From assembly GCA_002104905.1 (NCBI GenBank), contig MCFE01000057.1:62001-126000 (forward strand): DNA of 64,000 nucleotides, in the 5' to 3' direction. A program made the position numbers and the translations under genes. Shown here piece after piece: positions 50,159 to 59,998 of the stretch. This DNA is from Basidiobolus meristosporus CBS 931.73 (Eukaryota > Fungi > Basidiobolomycota). Position 1 is the first letter of the stretch. Each line of letters opens with the position of its first letter. The notes beneath the pieces were generated by a model. The model was not told the DNA's origin and did no database searches. It saw only the letters and a list, made by a program, of their open reading frames with translations.

Positions 50159-51196
50159 TGTTGTAAGAGTCTTGGAGATATTGAAAGTGATTGGGAGGAC
50201 AAGTAGATTATATGGTTTTCACTTTATGATTTATTAAATGTAAAAGCAGTATTTATACTTTTGCATGGTCTTGGCATTACAAGCACAAAGAATAGGCTAA
50301 GGGAGGTCCCAAGAAAATGTGTGCAAAGTTTGTTGCTGTTTGGACAATTTTGAGAATTTTTATGTTCTAGGTACCTGGTATTTTGGCAAAAGTATTCTAA
50401 GTAAATCCCAACAAGGAATTTGGTCAGTATTCTCTAGGATTTGAAGGTAATGATATAAGTGACTAAGTTAAGTGAATATTTAGGTGGAATTACAAATTTT
50501 TACAACACTTTAAGGGCACCTCTCCCATGCTTTTAGGAGGGCATCTTTCTCCCATGATAATATCCCAAAGGCCTCTTTCCTGTAGCAGCATCTTTATCTT
50601 CTCCTTCCACACTTGGATGGAAAGTTCCAGTAATAGCAGTAGTAGACATTGCAGATAGTGACAGCTTGGGGCTCATGACCTGTTATATGAGTCTTGGAGG
50701 TAATGGAAGTGATTGGGAGAACTAGTAGACTATATGGTTTTCACTTAATGATTTATTGAATGTAAAGCAGTATTCATTCTTTACATGGTCATGGCATAAC
50801 AAACATACAGCATATGTACAGGAAGGTTCCAAGAGCATGTGCGCAAACTTTGGGGCTGTTTGGACTGCCTTGAGAAATACTATGCTCTGGGTACCTGATG
50901 TTTTGGTGATATTAGTTCAACTAAATGCAGACAAGGAATTTGGCCAGTATTCTCTAAGATTTGTAAGTGATGATCCAAGCAACCAAGTTAGGTGAATATC
51001 TAGGTGGAATACCAGATGTTTACAACACTTTTCACACATGCCCTTGGGACCTGCCTAAGCATATTCACATGGTTGCTTTGCCAAGGCCATGTAGAGGTAT
51101 AAATACTACTTTTACATTCAATAAATCATTTAGTGAAAACCATATAGTCTACTTGTTCTCCAAATCAATTCCAATGTCTCCAAAACTCTTACAACC
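50159..51196. mobile_element. Copia family 1 terminal pile-up: minus LTR 50159-50507, minus PBS-gag 5' piece with LTR 50681-51027, plus LTR 3' half 51028-51196
   Basis: Matches the 349-bp LTR in both orientations; PBS variant GGTCATGAGCCC at 50680-50669. Confidence 0.8.
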
Positions 51197-52497
51197 AGAA
51201 ACTGCAAGGATCTATGGCTATGATATAAGTGACCAAGTTGATGGAATATTCAACAGCATCATGATACCATACATGGACCTACTTATCTCACTGTGACTAG
51301 GTAAAGTGAAATTAAATATATGTACAATTTATTGGAACTTGGTTGATTTGCGAGAAATCGGTTGTTTGACCACTAAGCCATAATTTATGATGGACAACCA
51401 ATCGGATGCAAAGTGGTGAATGGCACAATTCTTATCAGACCATATGAGTGATAGACCAATCAATGAAAACACACATATTACTGACCATCGTCAAATCACC
51501 AACATAGTATTGGATGCGTTTGGATTATATTTATCTTTTGGACATGGCAATACTAATCAATGCACGCTATTTCTCGTTAGCTGATGTCGGATAGTCGAAC
51601 AAGTAGTTGATGGGGATCTGATAATTTGCTTCAACCCCGAATTTCAATTTTGGCGGGACAATCATGCATGAAATCATGGTGACTCGATCAAACCAAGAAT
51701 TTTCATGTATTCAATATCGCGGCCACACCGAAGAATTGGCAAGCTCTGTACTAGGAGCACGTCTTGGTTATAACTTATGGCGGCGATTACAATCAATATA
51801 CTGGGAACATTTCCTAGCGCAAATCATATAATGCCATCAAATCCACTCTGTACATCCCTTCTTTACTGACCACCTCATCTCCAGGAAAGACCCCGTGGAG
51901 ATATTACTCAAAACCACACCAATTGAGCCATCCCATCGTCTCATCATCGCTTTATATGGGCTACTATTGAACCAGTCGATACATATGTTTGCTATCGGTC
52001 ACTTATCAGAGTCACCCGAAGTCAGATAGATGCGATTCAGTCCACCAGACATTACTTACAACCAGCTAACCATGTAAAAATGGGCTCCACCTACGATGCA
52101 AAAATCACACCACAAGCGCAGACAATGCCAGCCAATGATGAGTCGCCCAGGGACAATATATGCATTAGGACTCACCAATAAGGTATTAGCTGCTGGAGTT
52201 CAGCGTCATCGCTCCTTAAACTCGACAGTGCGGTTGATCAGAATCGGAAAGCGAGCTGCCGAGAGGACTGGTTGTTTATCTTGCTTCCGAGGAGCTTAAT
52301 TTGTGGCTTGGCGAGTTTAAATGAAAGCAAAAAAGCAATGAATGACAATCATGTCTCAATCGAGTTCGACATAAAACTCCGCCTCAACCATGGGGCCATC
52401 CGTATAAATCCCCATTGCAAAGACAACCCACGACAGAACCGATCTCTTCTTGTTGACCAAGACTAACCACCCGTGATTTACCGATCGTCTGCTTGGC

Positions 52498-52986
52498 ATG
52501 AGTTACACCCTTATGGGCAAAGTTCCGGAGCCCCAGCCCATCCCGGAATTACTGATTGAATTCACCATCACCCATGTGCGTTCAGTAATCATGTATCGAG
52601 AGAACGCGACCCATCGACGAGCCTGCTCTCCCTCACTCTCCAAGTTGGTCAAACGGGTGATTCGGAAATGCCGGATCCGAACGCCTACCCTGCTGGTTGC
52701 ACTCGTTTACATCGACCGCCTGCGCGAGTACTTACCGGCGCAAGCGATCGGGAGCCCGACCACCGGACATCGGGTATTTCTAGCCTCCCTTATCCTGGCC
52801 TCGAAGTTCCATGACGATGCATCGCTCTGGTGCGCGGATGTGGCCCACATAGTATACAAATACTGGGACTTATCCGAGATCAACGAGATGGAGAGGGTCT
52901 TCCTGAACTACGTGAACTTCGATCTGTGGGTAGATCAGGAGCAGCTACGAAACTACGTGAAGGAGAAGAACATCGAACTCCCCTAA
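52498..52986 (+). CDS. Pho85-type (Pcl1/Pcl2-like) cyclin, 162 aa
   Basis: TLLVALVYIDRL, HRVFLASLILASKFHDD, EINEMERVFL cyclin-box motifs; intronless ORF. Confidence 0.85.
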   Translation: MSYTLMGKVPEPQPIPELLIEFTITHVRSVIMYRENATHRRACSPSLSKLVKRVIRKCRIRTPTLLVALVYIDRLREYLPAQAIGSPTTGHRVFLASLILASKFHDDASLWCADVAHIVYKYWDLSEINEMERVFLNYVNFDLWVDQEQLRNYVKEKNIELP

Positions 52987-53363
52987 CCACCACCACCACC
53001 ACCATCACCCTGTATGTAAGCCATCGCACTTCCCTAACCATACTGTAAGAAAACATCGAATCTCCCTAACCACCATGTAAATATCGGCCATTTTGAAACC
53101 TTCAAATATCCCCTTGATGTGCCCGTATTCGCCAATGTTTCAAATAACCTTGTGATTGAGTAAACCGAGTGAACTGCACCGAGTGAACTGCGCCCACTTG
53201 AAACGCCCTTGACCATGGGTTGGGTTGGATGATCGGTATTCTGTAACCGCTGTTTCTGGTCGGTTTCACGCCGGCCGGCCGAGGTATAAATGAATTCCCA
53301 TGATACATCACCTATACTGGTACCCGTGGATAGCCGGTATTCTTGTCGAGAGCACTCACCCCG

Positions 53364-54089
53364 ATGTATTCACATTTCATTGGCACCACTCTGCTGCTGG
53401 CCTGCTCCATACTGTCCGTCTCCGCGGGCACAGCACGTAAGTCCCGCCACTCACCCCTCTTGCCTTTCTAACCACTAAACAACTGCACAGATATCGTCGA
53501 GCTGGACGGCGGCAAGGTCTACAAGATCAAAGGAAGCCACGGGGACTGTGTAAATATCCGAAACATGATCTTGGTGTACGCAGCCAGAGTGTCAGAGGAC
53601 CCGATCGGGTTCACTGTCCACTCCGGGCCCAACTGCACCCCAGACACTAAGGTCCAATGTGTGGATCGAACCACGCCCAACTACATCTTCGGCGCCCCGC
53701 AGAACGGCCAATCGATTGGGTTCTTCGATGATGGCTCCACCACGAACTCCGCCGCGTTGACATGTGCGCTAAGCGGTGACAATCCTTTCGGCGGGGCTGC
53801 AAGAGACGATTCAGGTAAGATCATCTCTGACAATGAGAAGTCATCCGGTGGCTCCTACGACTCCGGAGGCGGCGGTGATGGCTCAGGTGGAAACTACGAT
53901 TCTGGGGGCGATGGTTATTCTTCCGGCGGAGGTTCGTTCGGGAGCAGTGGTTCATTTGGCAATAGTGGTAGTCTTTACGGTGGTGGAGGTGGAGGTGGTG
54001 GCGGTGGGGGGCATTATGGTAGGAATCATGGTGGGCACCATGGTTATCGATCCGGCGGGTTCGGAAGCTCAGGTAGTCTGGTCGGATAA
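53364..54089 (+). CDS. Secreted protein with 4-Cys N-terminal domain and Gly/Ser-rich tail (exons 53364-53436, 53491-54089; 223 aa)
   Basis: Hydrophobic signal MYSHFIGTTLLLACSILSVSA; 54-nt GTAAGT...CTAAC...CAG intron restores the frame; TATAAA at 53285. Confidence 0.75.
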
Positions 54090-54227
54090 GGCATCCCCCG
54101 TCACGCAAAATGAAATAAATCCATCTTAAAATTACTATATCAATATCAACCGAAGTCTTCACGAACGCTTAATTTCCATGCACGTCGATTTCATTGGCGT
54201 CGGGGGGGGGGTTTCTTCATCCGATCT

Positions 54228-54400
54228 CGCGAAATAGCGCACGGTGTTCTTGCTCACCAAAGCGTGTCAGAATCGAAAGATACGCGTTGGACGCGATTAC
54301 GATCATGCGAGGATTTGGATTAGACGGGGGATTTGGATTTTGCAAAATTTTGTGCCCCCATCCATTGGATGACCTCATGTTGCTTCCTTGGGTATATATA
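54228..54400 (+). promoter_or_regulatory. H2A promoter with CGCG-core cell-cycle-like boxes and TATA
   Basis: CGCGAAA 54228-54234, ACGCGT 54282-54287, ACGCGA 54291-54296, TATATATA ~54393-54400. Confidence 0.45.
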
Positions 54401-54480
54401 GCGCTAGTTCCCTGCTGTCTAGGAAACGTACTACCGAATTTCAATTTTGTTAATTCTTTCAACCTACTCTCATATATATA

Positions 54481-54879
54481 ATGTCTGGCAAAGCTGGTGG
54501 TAAAAGTGGAAAGGCCGTTACTGGTGGATCCAAGTCTCGCTCTAGCAAGGCTGGTCTTCAGTTCCCCGTCGGTCGTATCCATCGTCACTTGCGTAAGGGT
54601 AACTACTCACAACGTATCGCCGCCGGTGCCCCCGTGTACCTTGCCGCCGTCCTTGAATACCTCGCAGCCGAAATTCTCGAATTGGCCGGTAACGCCGCTC
54701 GCGACAACAAGAAGACCAGAATCATTCCTCGTCACTTGCAACTCGCCATTCGTAACGATGAGGAGTTGAACAAGTTGTTGAGCAACGTGACCATCGCCCA
54801 GGGTGGTGTTCTTCCCAACATTCACGGAAGCTTGTTGCCCAAGAAGTCCAAGAAGGAGGGTGAATCCCAAGAATTATAA
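54481..54879 (+). CDS. HTA1: Histone H2A, 132 aa
   Basis: [45 protein letters not shown]-terminal SQEL. Confidence 0.98.
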   Translation: MSGKAGGKSGKAVTGGSKSRSSKAGLQFPVGRIHRHLRKGNYSQRIAAGAPVYLAAVLEYLAAEILELAGNAARDNKKTRIIPRHLQLAIRNDEELNKLLSNVTIAQGGVLPNIHGSLLPKKSKKEGESQEL

Positions 54880-55213
54880 ATCCTCTTTCTTGTCCTCCGT
54901 TTACACCTGTTAATGTCCTTCCTGTAGATAGTTTATACAATTGAAATGGTAACTGGTATCACTTCTACGTAAGCCTCAAATCCCATTCTTTATGATCAAA
55001 TAAAATCACTTGAACAATATCTAGTTCGTATCAAATAATATCCAAAAGGATGTTGCTTTATTCAACCATAATTGGTTTACTGGTTAAACTCACCTCGATG
55101 GGTAGTAGCAAGATTTGCTTTCATATCACGTGATTGTGAATTCAGCGCTTCAACTCGATGTTAACATACAGCCAGCTTGGTAGAAATAACAAAGGGTCAC
55201 ATAGGCGCAAGAA

Positions 55214-55872
55214 ATGGTAAGCATCCTGAATACAACCATTCCGCTCTGGAAAGTTTTTTATTTACCAAAAGAACCCGTAGATACGCTTTATTCTTGTTCA
55301 AAATCGCCAAGGGAAGACCCGTCTGTCAAAATGGTACGTGCCATTTGAAGATGATGAGAAGGTGAAGCTAAAGGGAGAGGTACACAGACTTATTGCACCC
55401 AGAGACCAAAAGCATCAGTCCAACTTCATCGAGGTATCTATCAGTTCTACCGAATCACGCTCCCTACCAGCGCTGGCATCTTGCTGGATTGGTTTATGCT
55501 TGATGGGAAACTCACCACGAAATTGACCTTCTGATGATAGTTCCGCAACTACAAAATCGTGTATCGCCGTTACGCCGGGCTATTCTTCTGTCTGTGTGTG
55601 GATATGAACGACAACGAACTGGCCTATCTGGAGGCCATCCACTTTTTTGTCGAGGTGCTGGACGCTTTCTTCGGAAACGTATGCGAACTGGACTTGGTCT
55701 TCAACTTCTACAAGGTAATGTTCGCACCATAGCACCGACCCTGTCGCTACAAGCTAACCGAAATGAGCAGGTCTACTCTATCCTGGACGAGGTGTTTTTG
55801 GCGGGTGAAATTCAGGAAACGAACAAGAACATCATCCTGACCCGCCTCGATCATCTGGACAAACTGGAGTAA
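55214..55872 (+). CDS. APS2: AP-2 complex subunit sigma (exons 55214-55216, 55281-55433, 55541-55714, 55771-55872; 143 aa)
   Basis: Spliced product [20 protein letters not shown]...YRRYAGLFF...[29 protein letters not shown]; all introns GT-AG and in frame. Confidence 0.93.
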
Positions 55873-56607
55873 ACGATTGCGTGGTTTGCCCCGAAGTGCG
55901 TGCCACGAAACATGCGCCCCTTCCCTCCGACCTTGCACTCTATTACCCACCACCTTCTATTCCTCACGATGATATGTTTTGCTACTCTCTTGGATCCCCT
56001 TCAAACACCATGCATTTCAGATAAACTATCTTAACCCCCACCCCCATCCGTTGTTATGAGCTGTATAAGACATAGATTGGTTCACTATGGAGGAGATCCA
56101 TAGATAAGATAAATTTCCACCGCCTGACTTGTGCATCGAGTGTCTGTTCTTTCGGGTTCGGAAGTACTTTTATGGCAGAATAGATTATTCCCATCCAGAG
56201 TGAACGGCTGTTCGACTTCGAAGTCACATGGCGATCTCGCACGTAGGGGAAGTGGGTGGCTAGTAGGCTCACAGCTCGATTGTCGTGGAGATTGTCGTGG
56301 AAATCTTCTCTTGACACTCTCATATCCAGTGACTAATCCGGTTTCACCAAACTTCCTTCGTCATGAATTCATCTGATGCGAAGCGAATGAACGCCTTTCT
56401 CTCGTGACTACCAGATTTCTGTGTAATCGTATTTCGGGGTATTTTCCATGTTCATACTCCCTTTGCATTTCTACTGACTAAGAGGACCACGCAGCCCCCT
56501 GTTTTCAACCCCCCTTCCCACCATATACCAACCTCCATATTCCAGCATAAAACTGACCCTTCTCTTCGGCTTGTTTTCCTATCGACTCCTCAGCCACTAG
56601 TGTCAAT

Positions 56608-57864
56608 ATGTCTTCCAACCCTAGCCAACGACTTGAACAGATCACCTCCCATCTTTCTTCTACTCCCACCCCAACCAAGGTTGGCGTCAAGTCACCTGAG
56701 GACGTGGTCATTGTCTCCGCCTTGCGCACACCTATCACTCGCGCCAGAAAAGGTGGCTTCAAAGATGTCCACGCCGAAGAGCTTTTGGGGGCCGTACTGA
56801 AAGCCACCCTGGAGAAGACCGGTATCGATCCTAACCTGATCGACGACGTTGTTGTCGGTAACGTCCTCCCAAGAGGAGGTGGTGCCACTGTCGCCAGAAT
56901 GGCCGCTATATATGCCGGCATCCCGGAGAAAACCTCGGTGATGACCGTCAACCGCCAGTGTTCTTCTGGACTCCAGGCAGTGGTCCAAATCGCTAGCGCT
57001 ATCCAGTCTGGCTTGATTGATATCGGCATCGGGGCAGGCGCAGAGTCCATGACCTTGAACTACGGTCCGGACGCCAGGCCTGATACCGTGTCCGAGAAGG
57101 TTGGCGCAGTACAAGAGGCGGCTGACTGCTTAATCCCAATGGGTATCACATCCGAAAATGTTGCCAAGCACTTCCAGATTCCCCGCGAAAAGCAGGATCA
57201 ACTTGCGGTGGACTCCCATCGCAAAGCCGCCGAGGCCCAGCAAAAAGGATTGTTCAACGAGGAGATCATCCCCGTCACTGTTCTCACCACCGACAAGGAT
57301 GGCAACGAGAAGGAGATCACCGTGAAAGCTGACGACGGCGTCCGTAAGGGGGTGAGTTTGGAATCTCTAGCCAAGCTTAAACCAGCCTTCTCAAAGTCCG
57401 GAACCACCACCGCGGGCAATGCCTCGCAAGTCTCTGATGGAGCAGCAGCAGTCCTATTGATGAAACGCAAAACCGCACAAAAGCTCAATTTGCCTATTCT
57501 TGGTAAATTCGTTTCGGCCGCAGTGGTCGGTGTTCCCCCTAACATTATGGGCGTTGGACCCGCTTTTGCCATTCCAGTGGCAGTCAAAAAGGCCGGCCTC
57601 AAGATGGATGATCTCGACATTGTTGAGCTAAACGAAGCCTTCGCCTCACAAGCCGTCTATTGTATCGAGAAACTCAAGATCGATCCCAAAAAGGTGAACC
57701 CTAAGGGCGGCGCCCTCGCACTTGGCCACCCATTGGGATGCACAGGCGCACGTCAAATCGCCACTCTACTTCCCGAGTTGAAGAGACAAGGCAAGAAGGT
57801 TGGTGCCGTCAGCATGTGCATTGGCACTGGCATGGGAATGTGCGGCATTTTCGAGCGCGAATAA
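56608..57864 (+). CDS. POT1: Peroxisomal 3-ketoacyl-CoA thiolase, 418 aa
   Basis: PTS2 RLEQITSHL (RL-x5-HL); NRQCSSGLQA, NEAFA, GHPLGCTG, SMCIGTGMG motifs. Confidence 0.95.
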   Translation: MSSNPSQRLEQITSHLSSTPTPTKVGVKSPEDVVIVSALRTPITRARKGGFKDVHAEELLGAVLKATLEKTGIDPNLIDDVVVGNVLPRGGGATVARMAAIYAGIPEKTSVMTVNRQCSSGLQAVVQIASAIQSGLIDIGIGAGAESMTLNYGPDARPDTVSEKVGAVQEAADCLIPMGITSENVAKHFQIPREKQDQLAVDSHRKAAEAQQKGLFNEEIIPVTVLTTDKDGNEKEITVKADDGVRKGVSLESLAKLKPAFSKSGTTTAGNASQVSDGAAAVLLMKRKTAQKLNLPILGKFVSAAVVGVPPNIMGVGPAFAIPVAVKKAGLKMDDLDIVELNEAFASQAVYCIEKLKIDPKKVNPKGGALALGHPLGCTGARQIATLLPELKRQGKKVGAVSMCIGTGMGMCGIFERE

Positions 57865-58139
57865 ATATGCGCCTCCACAAACCCCAGTTCTACATACATG
57901 GTGGTATAACCCCCTCTCACCAAAACGATCTGACCACTTGAATAAAACTAGTAAATACTTTTGTACAAATATACATATATGGCACACCACTCGATAAGCC
58001 AGGTTGAAATATCACGATTGGCGGTCTGTGTGTCTGCTTGGGAACGAAGCAAAGGCGGACTTGGTGGTGAGTGAAATGGTGCAGAGTAACACTAATATAC
58101 ACTTGAGATTTGCAACTTTATTGGTAACAAACTAGTAGA

Positions 58140-59423
58140 TCAAGAATAGCGGAAGTTGAAATCGTCTATCGGTCTGTTTTTCAGCACCTCTTCAATCTCA
58201 TGTAACACATCCACGGTGAGCTTTGGGATGACCTTCAAGGCTTCGACGTTTTCCTGGATTTGAGATGGTTTGGATGCACCGGTGATGGCAGAGGATACAT
58301 TGGGATTCTTTAAGCACCAAGCCAGCGCCAATTGTGCAGTCGTGCACTCCAGACGATCCGCAATTGCCTATAGAACATGGGCAAGATGCAGTTTAGAGAC
58401 AAGCATGAGAGCGATGGAGAATGAATATCAATGAGGATCAGTACCTTCAAAGCCACGACCTTCTTGATCTTGGCTTTTCCTTCTTCTGTCTCCAGTCCGC
58501 TTCGGATTCGGCTCATCACCACGTTGTCTTTGATCGCCAATCGAGAATTCTCGGGAATTCCGTCGTTGTATTTACCCGATAGGAGGCCAGAGGCAAGTGG
58601 GCTCCAGATGGTAGAGCCCAGTTTGTAATTGGTGAAGAGTGTTTTGTATTCCTTCTCGAATCTTTCTCTGTGGAACATGTTGTATTGAGGTTGCTCTACA
58701 CATGGTCCGATAAGGTTCAGCTCTTTGGCAATAAGACGAGCTTCGGTGACTTGCTGTGCACTCCATTCGCTGGTGCCCCAGTAAAAGGCCTTTCCTTGGT
58801 CGATCACATGATTGAATGCCCTTACTATCTCTTCCATAGGGGTATCGGGATCAGGGCGGTGGGCAAATACAATATCAACGTATTCCAACTGCAGGCGTTG
58901 GAGGGAAGCATTAAGTCCCTCGACAATATGCTTACGAGAGAGTCCTCTATCGTTGGGCCCTGGGAAAGTAAAGTATCAGCTAAGCAGGGCATACAAACGG
59001 GAAGATAAGCACGCGCGTTCGCAGGAATTACCGCTTCCACCCCAGAATATCTTGGTACTGATAACAAGATCAGAGCGTTTCCAACCACAACGTTTAATAG
59101 TAGCGCCCATGTCGATTTCGCTCTGGCCGTTTGCATATACCTCCGCGGTGTCGAAGTAGTTGATGCCAAGATCAAAAGCGGTTCGCATACATTTATAGCA
59201 CAGATCTAGGGAACACCAAACATTAGTGACCGTGAAAGGGCGTTTTTCCCTCGAAGTTCGTGGCTAACCTTGTGAGACCTGACCACCATAGGTGATCCTA
59301 GCGAATGGAAAGGGGAATTGATAAAAGCTCAGCAGGCAACGGACGTGTGTGAGGTACTTACCAACCGCCTAAACCGATCACCGAAACCTTTAGGCCACTG
59401 TTTCCAAGATAGCGATATTCCAT
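58140..59423 (-). CDS. Aldo-keto reductase, Kv-beta/AKR6-like (exons 59423-59362, 59297-59269, 59205-59032, 58959-58445, 58367-58140)
   Basis: [62 protein letters not shown]; four GT-AG introns keep the frame. Confidence 0.9.
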
Positions 59424-59998
59424 TTGTACAGTAGAAGCTCAAGAGTGAGGAGGAAAAGATTAGAAGGCCAAATATGTTCGCCTGGTGTTCGTCAGTGTTA
59501 CTGCTAAAAATAATTGGCTGGAATGCGGTTTACCCATAGGCACAAAATTATCCGAATTTATTTCCACATATATTCCTGTAGAATTGTGGGCATTGGCACT
59601 GGGATTCTTCGAATATTGCTGCTAAATAAGATCCAAGCAAGTAAAGCTGGTAGCATTCAATATAGGCAGGAGAGGTGAGGCATTTCGAAGCCCACAGATA
59701 GAGAATACGAGATCCAGATGTAAATAACCAGACAGACACAATTCTCCGTCTAACCATATATATGAATGGATGTTGCTACTCACTTGTGTACTCTCTTCAC
59801 CCTGCATCCACACCCAACTTCCCTACTCACTATGGGGTGCATCTATGTGACCGATTTGGTTACAGTCAAAGTGTTAAGGTACAGATTTGAGGCACCGTAG
59901 GGAAGTGGATTCTCTATAAATGATCGAGGATGCGCGTGAACATCAATCAAGTTAATCATTCCAACCAAATAGAGCCTCAAGCAATATATATCTTTTCC

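Larger units (their letters stand above)
1..51350. other. Transposon-dense, AT-rich, CpG-depleted block (probable methylated heterochromatin)
   Basis: Nearly continuous TE-derived sequence; CG dinucleotides rare until 51351, abundant afterwards; no intact host gene recognised. Confidence 0.85.

Noticed and set aside
1-51350. Neurospora-type RIP
   Set aside because: Visible loss is at CpG; CA/TG remain abundant. A formal index was not computed
51200-52490. Short ORFs (52096, 52272) as genes
   Set aside because: No recognisable motif or consistent splice structure; likely intergenic or promoter DNA
53164-53191. Perfect 14-bp tandem duplication ACCGAGTGAACTGC
   Set aside because: Only two units and no recognised motif; most simply a slippage event
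59930-59998. Longer N-terminus of the secreted protein
   Set aside because: This ATG is only 10 nt after TATAAA; the signal-like sequence starts at 59999
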